Both the position numbers and the translations under genes were made by a program. This document shows positions 44,782 to 55,241 of a stretch of DNA of 64,000 nt, in pieces. This DNA is from an uncultured Flavobacteriaceae bacterium (GTDB lineage Bacteria; Bacteroidota; Bacteroidia; Flavobacteriales; Flavobacteriaceae). The stretch is from assembly GCA_937944485.1 (NCBI GenBank), contig CALDYU010000011.1:597-64596 (forward strand). The letters run 5' to 3'. Position 1 is the stretch's first letter. Each line of letters starts with the position of its first letter. The notes under the pieces were generated by a model. The model had not been told where the DNA came from. It made no database searches and saw only the letters and a list, made by a program, of their open reading frames with translations.

Positions 44782-46287
44782 ATGAAAAGAAGTTTAACTT
44801 TCATAACGCTATTACTATGCACTTTTGTTACTGCCCAAAACAGTATTGATGTATTACGTTTTAGTAGCGAAAATACAATAGGAACTGCTCGATTTCAAGC
44901 CATGAGTGGAGCATTCGGAGCCCTAGGTGGAGACTTATCTGCCCTAAATGCCAATCCTGCAGGTGTTTCCGTATTTAATTATAATCAAGGTGTTGTTTCA
45001 GTATCGCATTACGGAAGAAGTAATGAAATTAGTTATGGCGGAAATGCCACGGGGACATACCCTGGATACTTAGATATCAATCAAGCCGGTGGTGTTTTAG
45101 TATTTAAAAGTAGTGAACCATCGTCTGAGTGGGGAAAAATTGCAGTAGCCGTTAACTACGACATTGTGAATAATTTTAATAACGAATTGAGCATTTCTGG
45201 TCAAAATACTGAGGGAATTGACAATTACTTTTTAAATTTTGCTCAAGGAGTTCCTTTCGGAGATATTACGTTACGTGATGGAGAATTTATAGAAGATGCC
45301 TATTTAGATATTGGTTCTGAACAGGGATTTGCCGATCAACAGGCTTTTTTAGGGTACTTTGGAGGTATTATAGATCCCGAAAATATGGAAGATTCAAATA
45401 CGAACTACCTTAGTAATGCCAATTATTCTAATGTAAATCAAAATTTGTCAAGAATAACGCAAGGTTACAACAGTAAATTTACAGTTACCGTAGGTTCACA
45501 GTATGCTGAAAAATTACATTTGGGAGCTTCTTTGAATTTTCATAGCATAGTCTACACTAGAAATGATGAATTCACAGAAAATAACTACGATGTAGGTTCT
45601 GAAATTACACAAACCACATTTGACAATCGCTTGTTCTCAGAAGGTACGGGATTCTCATTAAATTTAGGCCTTATTGCTAAGGTAACTGACGCATTACGCG
45701 TAGGGGCTAGTTATCAATCACCTACTTGGTATCGCCTGCAAGATAATCTACAACAACGCATTTCATCGGACCTGGCGGATGCTGATATTAACTTTATCAA
45801 CTTTGATCTAGTTAATGTGTTCCCCAGATACACCATTAAGAGTCCGGCAAAGGTTACTGGAAGTTTAGCATTGGTGTTTGGTAAGAACGGACTTTTAAGC
45901 TTTGATTATGGTATTCAAGATATGTCTCAGGCAAGGCTTGGGCCCACTTCTGATGCCAATTTTTCTACCATCAATGATGATATTTCGAATGAATTAACTA
46001 CTGTAACAAGTTTACGGTTAGGAGGCGAATATCGAATTAATAGATTCAGTTTACGTGGTGGATATCGCTTTGAAGGTAGTCCTTATGAAGACGGCAATTT
46101 AACGGGAGATTTAGAAGGAATTTCAGGTGGTATTGGATATGATTTCGGAGCTAGTAAATTAGATCTTGCAATTAGCCGTTATGAGCGAGATACGACCGAG
46201 CGTTTATTTGATTCAGGAATTACCACTCCGGCATTGATTGATAATAGTAATACCAATGTTACTCTAAGTTATACTACTAAGTTCTAG
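44782..46287 (+). CDS. Outer-membrane beta-barrel protein, FadL/PorV-like
   Basis: Signal peptide, N-terminal motif ARFQAMSGAFGALGGDLSALNANPAG, alternating beta-strand pattern, and a C-terminal ...SYTTKF aromatic terminus. Confidence 0.7.
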   Translation: MKRSLTFITLLLCTFVTAQNSIDVLRFSSENTIGTARFQAMSGAFGALGGDLSALNANPAGVSVFNYNQGVVSVSHYGRSNEISYGGNATGTYPGYLDINQAGGVLVFKSSEPSSEWGKIAVAVNYDIVNNFNNELSISGQNTEGIDNYFLNFAQGVPFGDITLRDGEFIEDAYLDIGSEQGFADQQAFLGYFGGIIDPENMEDSNTNYLSNANYSNVNQNLSRITQGYNSKFTVTVGSQYAEKLHLGASLNFHSIVYTRNDEFTENNYDVGSEITQTTFDNRLFSEGTGFSLNLGLIAKVTDALRVGASYQSPTWYRLQDNLQQRISSDLADADINFINFDLVNVFPRYTIKSPAKVTGSLALVFGKNGLLSFDYGIQDMSQARLGPTSDANFSTINDDISNELTTVTSLRLGGEYRINRFSLRGGYRFEGSPYEDGNLTGDLEGISGGIGYDFGASKLDLAISRYERDTTERLFDSGITTPALIDNSNTNVTLSYTTKF

Positions 46288-46301
46288 AATTATATAGAGA
46301 A

Positions 46302-47747
46302 TTAGCGCTTTAAAGTAAAATGTGATTTTCTGGTTTTAGCAACAATCACTCCTGAATCTGCTTCGTCGTACTCAAAGCGAAACCAGTAATCTGAAGAAGG
46401 CATAGGTTTACCATTAAAAGTGCCATCCCAACCTCCAACGGCGTCAATTTGCTTTAACAATTTTCCATATCTATCAAAGATAAAGACGATGGGATTATCA
46501 AGTGTTTCAATACCCGAAATATTCCAAGTTTCATGCAACCCATCTCCATTTGGAGTAAAGAATTTGGGGTAGCCAACGACTAAAAATTCAAAAGGTTCTG
46601 AAGTACCGCAACCATTTTTGTCATTGATAACTACCGTATTTAATCCTGGAGGGATGTCCATGAAAATGGAACTATCTTGAAATTCTCCCCCATTTAAGGC
46701 GTATTCATAGCTGCTATTTCCGGTAACAAAAATTTCAATATCGTTTTGATTAGGGTCTTTCGATAAATTAGTTTCATTTATTTCTACTCGATCTAAAACA
46801 GGTGCTCCATAAAAAGTAATTAAAATTCCACCATCATCACGTACAGTTGGCGGAGAACCACTAATCGTTGTAATTTCGGCAAAATAACGTCCAGAATTTG
46901 GACTTGCAACAACAAGTTCGGCTCCAAAAGCACCAGTACCAAGTAGCGTAGCGTCTATGACACCATCATCATCAAAATCAACAGTCCAAGTAACGCTAGC
47001 AATATCTGCTCCTACGGGAGAGTTTAGAGCACTTAGTGGTATATCAGGATCTCCTTCGCAGGCTATAATATCTATTCCCAAAAAATCATCTCTCAAAGTA
47101 CAATCTAAAGCGGTATTCTGATCAGACTGCACAGAGCTACCCGTAAAGCTCAGCATAAAAGGCTCCGCGTCTCCATTAAAATTAGTATTAAAATTATTTA
47201 TTAAAATATAATACACTTCACCAGGCTCAACTTCCAACCAATCGTCATAGGTATTTTGGCTCCCCGTAATATGAGCCGCCCCCGTTTGTCCGCTAACGGG
47301 ATTAACACCAATACCAGTAAATCCGGTTTCATTGACCTCATAATTACATCGAATTGGTTGTGTCGTTCCGTTACCAATGGCAGTGCAATCGACATCGGGG
47401 CCGTAAACAGCAAAATCCCACTCAGCAGTTGGGGTTCCGCTACCGCCAACAGGCAAGGCTTCAATATCAAAACCTACTTGGCCGCCAGTACCAGCTCTAA
47501 AAACAAACCAAGAAGTATTATTTTCAATATTGGCACTAATAAGACTGCCTTTTTCTAAACAGCCGGTTTCGGTAATCACATCAGGATCAAATTCATCAAT
47601 ATCACCCCGACCATCTGCAAATGACATGATAGGCATGTCTGCACATACGGGAATTGCAGTTCTGCAATCACCTGAATTAGAGGTTTGAGCATATGTTGAT
47701 AAACTAAAAAAGAGGGAACAAAATGAGGCGTATAGTAGTGTTCGCAT
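46302..47747 (-). CDS. T9SS type-B sorting-domain (gliding-motility C-terminal domain) secreted protein
   Basis: C-terminal FFTPNGDGLHETWNI...FDRYGKLL...WDGTFNGKPMPSSDYWFRFEY is the type-B CTD pattern. It also has a signal peptide. Confidence 0.85.
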   Translation of the reverse strand: MRTLLYASFCSLFFSLSTYAQTSNSGDCRTAIPVCADMPIMSFADGRGDIDEFDPDVITETGCLEKGSLISANIENNTSWFVFRAGTGGQVGFDIEALPVGGSGTPTAEWDFAVYGPDVDCTAIGNGTTQPIRCNYEVNETGFTGIGVNPVSGQTGAAHITGSQNTYDDWLEVEPGEVYYILINNFNTNFNGDAEPFMLSFTGSSVQSDQNTALDCTLRDDFLGIDIIACEGDPDIPLSALNSPVGADIASVTWTVDFDDDGVIDATLLGTGAFGAELVVASPNSGRYFAEITTISGSPPTVRDDGGILITFYGAPVLDRVEINETNLSKDPNQNDIEIFVTGNSSYEYALNGGEFQDSSIFMDIPPGLNTVVINDKNGCGTSEPFEFLVVGYPKFFTPNGDGLHETWNISGIETLDNPIVFIFDRYGKLLKQIDAVGGWDGTFNGKPMPSSDYWFRFEYDEADSGVIVAKTRKSHFTLKR

Positions 47748-47833
47748 ATGAATAAGGACAAAAATAGGGGTGCTTTACTATAATGGTATAACTCTACCAA
47801 TACACCATTTAGTATATTTTTATCGATAATTTA

Positions 47834-47855
47834 TGCCGTTAATCGACAAACGGCA
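47834..47855 (-). terminator. Possible terminator hairpin between the two T9SS cargo genes
   Basis: TGCCGTT (47834-47840) pairs with AACGGCA (47849-47855). There is no clear T-run. Confidence 0.3.
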
Positions 47856-47868
47856 ATATTCAGATCGA

Positions 47869-49674
47869 TTACCTTTTCAAAGAAAAATGATTATTTATAT
47901 ACTTAGCCTCGGTAATTTGACCATTACTATCAGTATAGGTTAGTTTAAACCAATAATCTGAAGCTGGCATCAGAGATCCGTTAAAAGTCCCATCCCATCC
48001 TGCACTATTTTCATTCATCTGATACAAAAGTTTGCCGTATTTATCATAAATACTTATTACTGGATTATCTAAATGCGACATGCCTTCAATAGTCCATTGA
48101 TCATTCATTCCATCTCCGTTAGGTGTGAAAAATTTCGAAAAACCTGCAACGACAATATCCTCAGAAACGACACCACAACCTATAGGGTCATTAACCGTTA
48201 TGGTATGCCTGCCAGGTGATACATTTTCAAAAATATTGTTTAATTGATATTCTTCATTATCAATTTGATACTCCCAATTCCCATCGCTATCAGTTAATAC
48301 GCGAACGGTATTGTTATCTTGTAAATCATCAATTTCTATAGCTGCTATAGTAGGAGGTTTCGAAATAACGACGGTAATTTCCTTCATGCTAGAACAACTG
48401 AAGCCCGATTGCATATTTTCCACAGTGACCTTATATGATCCAGGTTGCGAAACATCAATGCTAGATGTTGTTTCGCCAGTAGACCAACTATAGGTATAAT
48501 CTGGCAATGCAACTAAAGATCCGATAGTTATACTTGCCTCCCCATCGCATAAAAAAACTTCATCATCAAAGTCTAATTCTGGCGTCTGAACACTACTCAG
48601 CTGAAAAGATTGCGTTGCGTCAAAGCAATTAGGGTTTTGAGCTGAACTAACCCGTATATAAATTCTCTGAGAAGTAGCAATCTGCGTATATTCCTTGGTT
48701 AAAAAATTAACTCCCGCATTGGCATCTGCTTGAGTACTATGATAGCTCACTACAAAATCGGTAGGGCTTTGCCCCCCTAATACCGATGTGTCTTTCGTTG
48801 ACAAATCATAACTAGATTCAGCAGAACATACTACATCATCTAAAACGGGAAAAGCAACGGGTACTGATGAAAAACCAACTTGTACATCACTAATTATATT
48901 ATTGTTTGAAGGTGTTACTACTTCTACCCGATATATTGCGGCATCAGTAACCATTAGGGTAGCATTATTCTGCCCCATTATCAATTCAAAACCTGAGCCA
49001 TCATCTTTATACCAATTATATGTTGATGCAACAACAGTAAGCGCATTTAATGTAATCGTCTCGCCTTCACAAGAAGCAATTGGTGGACCGAGTAGGTTAT
49101 TAATGATCGAACAATCTAAAGCATTTAAAGGATCATCTTTAAAAATTTGCCCTGAAAATTGTATAGAAAAACCAGAATTGCTGTTACTAAAATTGTTAAT
49201 CAGTAAGTAATAATCTTCTCCAGGAGCGACTTGTATCCAATCTTCAAATTGTATGTTTGCTGTTTCACCTGTAGGGTCTTCACCCACACCAATGAACGTA
49301 TTTTGGTCTTGGTTATCAAAAAAATTACAACGTATTGGCTCTCCTAAATTATTACAATCTGAAGCCCTATATAACGCATAATCCCAATCCTCATTGCTAT
49401 TAATTCCGATATTAAACCCTAATTGACCTGTTGCTCCTGTTCGAAAGCGATACCAACCAGAATTGGACTCTATGGCATTAGTAATGGTTTGTTCTAAACA
49501 ACCACTCGTTAGTGCTCCGTTAAAGTCATCATTACCAAAACCATTCGTACCTCCATTTACTGGAGTATTACTACAAATAGGTACCGCATTAACACAGTCT
49601 GCAGAGACTTGCCCGAAAAACGGACAAATACCTCCAAAAAAAGCGACTATGGTTATTATTTTGAGACGGTTCAT
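47869..49674 (-). CDS. T9SS type-B sorting-domain secreted protein (paralogue of 46302-47747)
   Basis: C-terminal FFTPNGDGMNDQWTI...YDKYGKLL...WDGTFNGSLMPASDYWFKLTY. The N-terminal ~190 aa are homologous to the neighbouring gene. Confidence 0.85.
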   Translation of the reverse strand: MNRLKIITIVAFFGGICPFFGQVSADCVNAVPICSNTPVNGGTNGFGNDDFNGALTSGCLEQTITNAIESNSGWYRFRTGATGQLGFNIGINSNEDWDYALYRASDCNNLGEPIRCNFFDNQDQNTFIGVGEDPTGETANIQFEDWIQVAPGEDYYLLINNFSNSNSGFSIQFSGQIFKDDPLNALDCSIINNLLGPPIASCEGETITLNALTVVASTYNWYKDDGSGFELIMGQNNATLMVTDAAIYRVEVVTPSNNNIISDVQVGFSSVPVAFPVLDDVVCSAESSYDLSTKDTSVLGGQSPTDFVVSYHSTQADANAGVNFLTKEYTQIATSQRIYIRVSSAQNPNCFDATQSFQLSSVQTPELDFDDEVFLCDGEASITIGSLVALPDYTYSWSTGETTSSIDVSQPGSYKVTVENMQSGFSCSSMKEITVVISKPPTIAAIEIDDLQDNNTVRVLTDSDGNWEYQIDNEEYQLNNIFENVSPGRHTITVNDPIGCGVVSEDIVVAGFSKFFTPNGDGMNDQWTIEGMSHLDNPVISIYDKYGKLLYQMNENSAGWDGTFNGSLMPASDYWFKLTYTDSNGQITEAKYINNHFSLKR

Positions 49675-49811
49675 AAATAGGCTGAACTTTTGAATGTTTT
49701 AAAAATAACAGGTGTACGCTCTTAACACTAATTTATGTTGTGTAACACAGTAAATAGGGTATTAAGTGCCATATTATGTATATCTTTGTCGTTTGACTAA
49801 GTTCGTTTTTA

Positions 49812-50492
49812 ATGAAATTTGATAGCAGCTTGAATGAGCATTTTGAAGAGTTAGGAAACAGTCATGTTTCCTCGTCGGAAGACACCCCTTTACGCAAAGA
49901 TGCATTTGTCTTAAGCGATGAAGAAAAAATAGATAGAATTAAAGCTAATGTGCGAGAGATTATGCTCACTTTGGGTCTTGATCTTAATGATGATAGTTTG
50001 AAAGGCACCCCAGATCGTGTTTCAAAAATGTATGTCAATGAGTTATTCGGAGGCTTAAATCCCGAACGCAAACCTAAATCATCAACTTTTGACAATAAGT
50101 ATAAGTATGGCGAGATGCTGGTTGAGAAAAATATTACCTTATACTCTACTTGCGAGCATCATTTATTGCCTATAGTGGGGAAAGCGCATGTAGCCTATAT
50201 TTCTAATGGTACCGTTGTTGGTTTATCAAAGATGAATCGAATTGTTGATTATTTTGCGAAAAGACCGCAAGTACAGGAACGTCTTAACATACAAATAGTT
50301 AGGGAACTTCAGAAAGTTCTTGGCACAGAGGATGTTGCTTGTGTGATTGACGCAAAACATTTATGTGTTAATTCAAGGGGAATTCGCGATATTGAAAGTA
50401 GTACGGTAACTGCTGAATACGGTGGTAAATTTAAAGAAGAGTCGACACGTCGTGAATTTTTAGACTATCTCAATCTAGACACCAATTTCTAA
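49812..50492 (+). CDS. folE: GTP cyclohydrolase I
   Basis: Conserved STCEHHLLPIVGKAHVAYIS and RPQVQERL blocks. Confidence 0.95.
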   Translation: MKFDSSLNEHFEELGNSHVSSSEDTPLRKDAFVLSDEEKIDRIKANVREIMLTLGLDLNDDSLKGTPDRVSKMYVNELFGGLNPERKPKSSTFDNKYKYGEMLVEKNITLYSTCEHHLLPIVGKAHVAYISNGTVVGLSKMNRIVDYFAKRPQVQERLNIQIVRELQKVLGTEDVACVIDAKHLCVNSRGIRDIESSTVTAEYGGKFKEESTRREFLDYLNLDTNF

Positions 50493-50507
50493 TCGCTTTC
50501 TCTTATC

Positions 50508-51989
50508 ATGGAGTTATACCAAAGCCAAAATTTAAAAATTCATAATTCACTTTCTGGTAAAAAAGAACTATTTAAACCTTTAAATGAAGGTCGAATTGGC
50601 ATGTATGTTTGCGGACCTACTGTATACAGCAATGTACATTTAGGAAACTGCCGTACATTCATGTCTTTTGACATGATTTTTAGATATTTCAAACATCTCG
50701 GCTATAAGGTAAGATATGTACGAAATATTACAGATGCTGGTCATTTGGTAGACGATGGAGATGATGGTGAAGATAAGATTGCAAAAAAAGCAAGATTAGA
50801 GCAATTAGAGCCAATGGAAGTCGTGCAACGTTATACTATTGACTTTCATAATATTCTTCAAAAATTCAATTTTCTTCCACCGAGCATAGAGCCAACAGCG
50901 ACAGGTCACATTATTGAACAAATAGAAATTGTAAAAGATATTCTTGACAAAGGGTATGCCTATGAAAAAAACGGCTCTGTGTATTTTGATGTTGCTAAAT
51001 TCAATGAAACAAATGATTACGGTAAGTTAAGCGGCAGAAAATTAGAAGACATGATCGCTAATACCCGTCAACTTACTGCCCAAAACGAGAAAAAAAATCC
51101 TCAAGATTTTGCGTTATGGAAACGCGCAGAGCCACAGCATATTATGCGCTGGCCGTCACCGTGGGGTGATGGTTTTCCAGGTTGGCACTTAGAGTGTACC
51201 GCTATGAGCACCAAATATTTAGGAGAGACTTTTGACATTCACGGAGGCGGAATGGACTTAAAATTTCCACATCATGAATGTGAAATTGCACAAGCAGAAG
51301 CCAGCTATGGGCAATCTCCTGTGCGGTATTGGATGCATGCCAATATGCTTACTATGAATGGTAAGAAAATGGCAAAATCAACAGGAAATAATATACTACC
51401 AGGGGAAATATTTACAGGTGAAAATTCCATTCTTAGTAAAGCATTTTCGCCTTCAGCAGTTCGATTTTTTATGATGCAAGCACATTACACAAGTATTCTT
51501 GACTTGAGCAATGATGCTTTATTGGCATCAGAAAAAGGCTATCATCGTTTAATGGAAGCTTTAGATATTTTATCTAGCATTGTGCCAAAAGGGGTATCAG
51601 ATTTTGATGTTCAAGCATGGAAAAAAACATGTTATGATGCCATGAATGATGATTTTAACACACCTATTTTAATTGCCAAAATCTTCGATGCGGTTAAATT
51701 TATAAATCTCTTAAAGGATGGCGAAAAATGGATTAATGCCTCTGATTTAAAAGAACTTCAAAATACATTGAATGCATTTGTCTTTGATGTTTTAGGGCTC
51801 GTTGACAAATCAGATAATGCAGATGATTCAGATAAATTATCAGGTGTTGTAAACTTGTTAATCGAACTTCGAAAAGAAGCTAGGGATAATAAAGATTTCG
51901 AAACATCAGATAAAATTCGAAATCAATTAGATGCGCTTGGCATACAATTAAAAGATGGTAAAGAAGGCACTACGTTTAGCCTATCTTAA
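50508..51989 (+). CDS. cysS: Cysteine--tRNA ligase
   Basis: Class I motifs HLGN and KMAKS, plus MYVCGPTVY. Confidence 0.97.
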   Translation: MELYQSQNLKIHNSLSGKKELFKPLNEGRIGMYVCGPTVYSNVHLGNCRTFMSFDMIFRYFKHLGYKVRYVRNITDAGHLVDDGDDGEDKIAKKARLEQLEPMEVVQRYTIDFHNILQKFNFLPPSIEPTATGHIIEQIEIVKDILDKGYAYEKNGSVYFDVAKFNETNDYGKLSGRKLEDMIANTRQLTAQNEKKNPQDFALWKRAEPQHIMRWPSPWGDGFPGWHLECTAMSTKYLGETFDIHGGGMDLKFPHHECEIAQAEASYGQSPVRYWMHANMLTMNGKKMAKSTGNNILPGEIFTGENSILSKAFSPSAVRFFMMQAHYTSILDLSNDALLASEKGYHRLMEALDILSSIVPKGVSDFDVQAWKKTCYDAMNDDFNTPILIAKIFDAVKFINLLKDGEKWINASDLKELQNTLNAFVFDVLGLVDKSDNADDSDKLSGVVNLLIELRKEARDNKDFETSDKIRNQLDALGIQLKDGKEGTTFSLS

Positions 51990-52024
51990 ACCTGTTCATA
52001 TGCCAAAATCTCGGTAAGCCGAAA

Positions 52025-52246
52025 ATGAAAAAAGTACTTATAGCTCCATTCATTTTTTTGGTTCGCATATATCAGCGAGGCATTTCTCCCTATACTCCTG
52101 CCACCTGCCGCTATGCACCTACTTGCTCGCAATATACGGTTGAAGCTCTTCAAAAACATGGTTTATTTAAAGGCGGATGGTTATCTCTAAAACGAATTAT
52201 TAGTTGTAATCCGTGGGGTGGCAAAGGCTATGACCCAGTTCCTTAA
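52025..52246 (+). CDS. yidD: Membrane protein insertion efficiency factor YidD
   Basis: 73 aa; YQRGISP....CRY.PTCSQY motif. Confidence 0.9.
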   Translation: MKKVLIAPFIFLVRIYQRGISPYTPATCRYAPTCSQYTVEALQKHGLFKGGWLSLKRIISCNPWGGKGYDPVP

Positions 52247-52382
52247 AGAAAATTTAATTGACCATGCCACTACGACCTATTTTTGCACGTATAATGAACA
52301 AAATCTTGGCCCTTAACGCTTCAATTCAAAAACATAGTGATCTTATAGCTATTCACTATCTTAGCCCACAAAATAACACTAC

Positions 52383-53336
52383 ATGCATTTTTTAAGTATT
52401 ATCTGGAACCCGAATGACACCCTTTTCGCATTAGGTCCGTTACAAATTAAATATTATAACCTTCTTTGGATTGCCGCTTTCGCCATCGGATGGTTCATAA
52501 TGAAACGTATTTTTACGAATGAGAAAAGGTCTATCGAAGAACTAGACTCTCTTTTTATTTATACGGTTCTTGCTACCATGCTAGGTGCTCGATTAGGCCA
52601 TGTTGTATTCTATCAACCAGAATTAATTACCCAAGATCCGCTTTCGATTTTATTGCCAATAAAAACAGTACCCGAATTTAAATTCACCGGTTTTACAGGT
52701 TTGGCAAGTCATGGAGCGGCGATTGGTATTATCATAGCAATGTTTCTTTACGTTCGTAAATATGCGCAAACCAATATCTTATGGATTCTTGATCGTCTCG
52801 TTATTCCATCAGCTATAGGCGCCTTTTGTGTCCGTTTAGGTAATTTTTTCAATTCAGAAATCGTAGGTTCAAAAACGCAAGAGTCTTTCCTTTTTGCTAC
52901 TAAATTTATTAGAAATACGGTGGGGTCTTCTGTAGATACTGGAGATCTAAAAGTAGGTGAGGCACTGCGCTTAACTGGGGCAAAGTCTGCTAATAATGCC
53001 TATGAATTAATTGAAAAATCACCCAAATTTGCTGAACGTCTAGCAGAAATTCCATATCGCCACCCTGCACAACTTTATGAAGGCGTCGCTTATATTGGCG
53101 TCTTTTTAATACTTTACTATTTCTATTGGAAAACCGATAAAAAAAATAAGTCTGGCTTTTTATTTGGTACCTTTTTAGTACTCTTATGGGGTATTCGTTT
53201 TTTTGTAGAATTTGTAAAGGAACGTCAAAACGAACTCGATGCAAGCATTGGTACCCTTTCTATAGGGCAGCTGTTGAGCATCCCATTTATATTGATCGGA
53301 CTATATTTTATGTTTCGCCCTAAGCCCGCAAAATAG
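52383..53336 (+). CDS. lgt: Prolipoprotein diacylglyceryl transferase
   Basis: GARLGHV, RLGNFFNSE and HPAQLYE blocks in a polytopic membrane protein. Confidence 0.9.
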   Translation: MHFLSIIWNPNDTLFALGPLQIKYYNLLWIAAFAIGWFIMKRIFTNEKRSIEELDSLFIYTVLATMLGARLGHVVFYQPELITQDPLSILLPIKTVPEFKFTGFTGLASHGAAIGIIIAMFLYVRKYAQTNILWILDRLVIPSAIGAFCVRLGNFFNSEIVGSKTQESFLFATKFIRNTVGSSVDTGDLKVGEALRLTGAKSANNAYELIEKSPKFAERLAEIPYRHPAQLYEGVAYIGVFLILYYFYWKTDKKNKSGFLFGTFLVLLWGIRFFVEFVKERQNELDASIGTLSIGQLLSIPFILIGLYFMFRPKPAK

Positions 53337-53363
53337 TAATCATCTTTAATTACACGATAAAAA

Positions 53364-53849
53364 ATGAAAGCTTTACGCAGCATTTTATTCATAACTTTCT
53401 TTGCGGTAATTTTTTGTTGCAAACAAAAACCAACAACAGTTGTTAAAACAACCCCTATTGCTTTTACCAAAGAGGGCGAATTGACCATTACCAAGCAAAA
53501 AGTTGATACACTAATTACGCGCCTAGATATTGAATTTGCTGAAACGGAATATGAAACTCAAACTGGTTTGATGTATCGCAAAAGCATGAAGGATAATCAG
53601 GGAATGCTTTTTATTTTTAATGATGAGCGTGTACATTCTTTTTATATGAAAAACACTGAAATACCCTTAGATATTATCTATATCAAAGCAGACTTAACCA
53701 TTGCCAGTTTTCAGGAAAATGCGCAACCCTTTGACGAAAGGGGTTTGTCTTCTCAAGTACCTATAACTTATGTCTTAGAAGTCAATGCGGGACTTGCCGA
53801 AAAATGGTTACTTGAAATTGGAGATCACATCGCATATCGTAAAATTTGA
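53364..53849 (+). CDS. DUF192-domain protein (secreted)
   Basis: GLMYR....GMLFIF......FYMKNT.IPLDIIYI pattern. Confidence 0.75.
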   Translation: MKALRSILFITFFAVIFCCKQKPTTVVKTTPIAFTKEGELTITKQKVDTLITRLDIEFAETEYETQTGLMYRKSMKDNQGMLFIFNDERVHSFYMKNTEIPLDIIYIKADLTIASFQENAQPFDERGLSSQVPITYVLEVNAGLAEKWLLEIGDHIAYRKI

Positions 53850-53853
53850 TTTT

Positions 53854-54723
53854 TTGAAAATTCAGAGTACAGCACTGCATATTAATAGCCAAAATGGATA
53901 TAAGATTGCCATAACAAAATACGCATCTGATAAAGGCACTAATCAAATTATTGTTATTTCTTCAGCAACAGGTGTTCTTCAAAAATACTATTCTAAATTT
54001 GCATCTTACGCTACCTCTAAAGGCTTTGTTGTCTTCACTTTTGACTATAGTGGCATTGGCAGTTCCAATAATGCTATTCAAGAGTTAAAAAATAATAAGT
54101 GTACATTAAAAAGCTGGGGAAGTATTGATCAGGCCACCGTACTAGCATACGCCAAAAAGGAGCATCCAGAGGCTAGCTTAACGTTGATCACACACAGTAT
54201 AGGAGGGCAATTGATTGGATTCAACCCCAATCACCACATGATCGATAAAATCATTATGGTAGCTTCTCAAACCGGTTATTGGCGCTATTTTAAAGGCTTA
54301 CACTCCTTTAAAATGCTATTATTTTGGTATTTTTTAATTCCGATTTTTACACCTCTTTTTAGTTTCTTTCCGGCAAAAAAACTAGGCCTTTTTGAAAACC
54401 TTCCCAAAAATATGGTTTACGAATGGGCTTCTTGGGGCAAACAAAAAAAATACATGATGCATTTTTACAATTCAAAAGACTATTTTTTTGACGCCATACA
54501 AAAACCCATGCTAGCCTTAAGCTTTTCAAAAGACACCTTTGCGCCGAAACCTGCAGTAGATTGGATGGTTTCACAATATAAAAATGCCGTCGTCAAACGT
54601 GTACATCATCATCCCCGAAAAGGTGAAAAACATGTAAAACACTTCGGCTTTTTCAAGACTACATTCAAAGATCCCTTTTGGAATCAAACCATTAATTGGA
54701 TTCTCACAAATTCGTACACATGA
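53854..54723 (+). CDS. Alpha/beta hydrolase
   Basis: Nucleophile elbow HSIGG. There is no in-frame ATG, so I placed the start at the TTG at 53854, just after the DUF192 stop. The ORF-track start at 53785 would overlap the upstream gene, so the start is uncertain. Confidence 0.65.
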   Translation: MKIQSTALHINSQNGYKIAITKYASDKGTNQIIVISSATGVLQKYYSKFASYATSKGFVVFTFDYSGIGSSNNAIQELKNNKCTLKSWGSIDQATVLAYAKKEHPEASLTLITHSIGGQLIGFNPNHHMIDKIIMVASQTGYWRYFKGLHSFKMLLFWYFLIPIFTPLFSFFPAKKLGLFENLPKNMVYEWASWGKQKKYMMHFYNSKDYFFDAIQKPMLALSFSKDTFAPKPAVDWMVSQYKNAVVKRVHHHPRKGEKHVKHFGFFKTTFKDPFWNQTINWILTNSYT

Positions 54724-55241
54724 ATAATTATTTACTTACTGGATACGAAACAGAACGCCTAAAGTTTAGAAAGTTAAGAGCTGATGATTTTAATACTTGG
54801 CTTCCTTTTCACCAAAACCCTAAAAGCAATTCGTTTTGGGTAGGTTTACCAGAAGATCCGATGCTAGCCTGCCAACATTGGTTTGATAAAGCTTTTCATC
54901 GATACGAGAACGGATTGGGCGGTATGAATGTTTTAATTAATAAAGAAACAAATGCATTTATTGGCCAATGTGGTTTATTGATACAAACAGTAGACGGTAT
55001 TGAAGAGCTTGAAATAGGATATTCTATACTTCCGCAATACTGGAAACTCGGTTATGCCACTGAAGCAGCTCGTAAATGTAAAGCGGTTGCCCGAGAACGC
55101 AACTTGACTAAATCTGTAATTTCAGTGATTCATATTAATAATATTGCTTCTCAAAAAGTGGCTCTAAACAATGGCATGTTTTTAGACAAAACCACCGTAT
55201 ACAACAATAATGAGGTACATGTTTTTAGAATCTTTTTATGA
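54720..55241 (+). CDS. GNAT-family N-acetyltransferase (RimJ/RimL-like)
   Basis: ERLKFRKL...GQCGL...ELGYSILPQYWKLGYATEA pattern. The ATG at 54720 overlaps the upstream stop (ATGA). Confidence 0.85.
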   Translation: MNNYLLTGYETERLKFRKLRADDFNTWLPFHQNPKSNSFWVGLPEDPMLACQHWFDKAFHRYENGLGGMNVLINKETNAFIGQCGLLIQTVDGIEELEIGYSILPQYWKLGYATEAARKCKAVARERNLTKSVISVIHINNIASQKVALNNGMFLDKTTVYNNNEVHVFRIFL

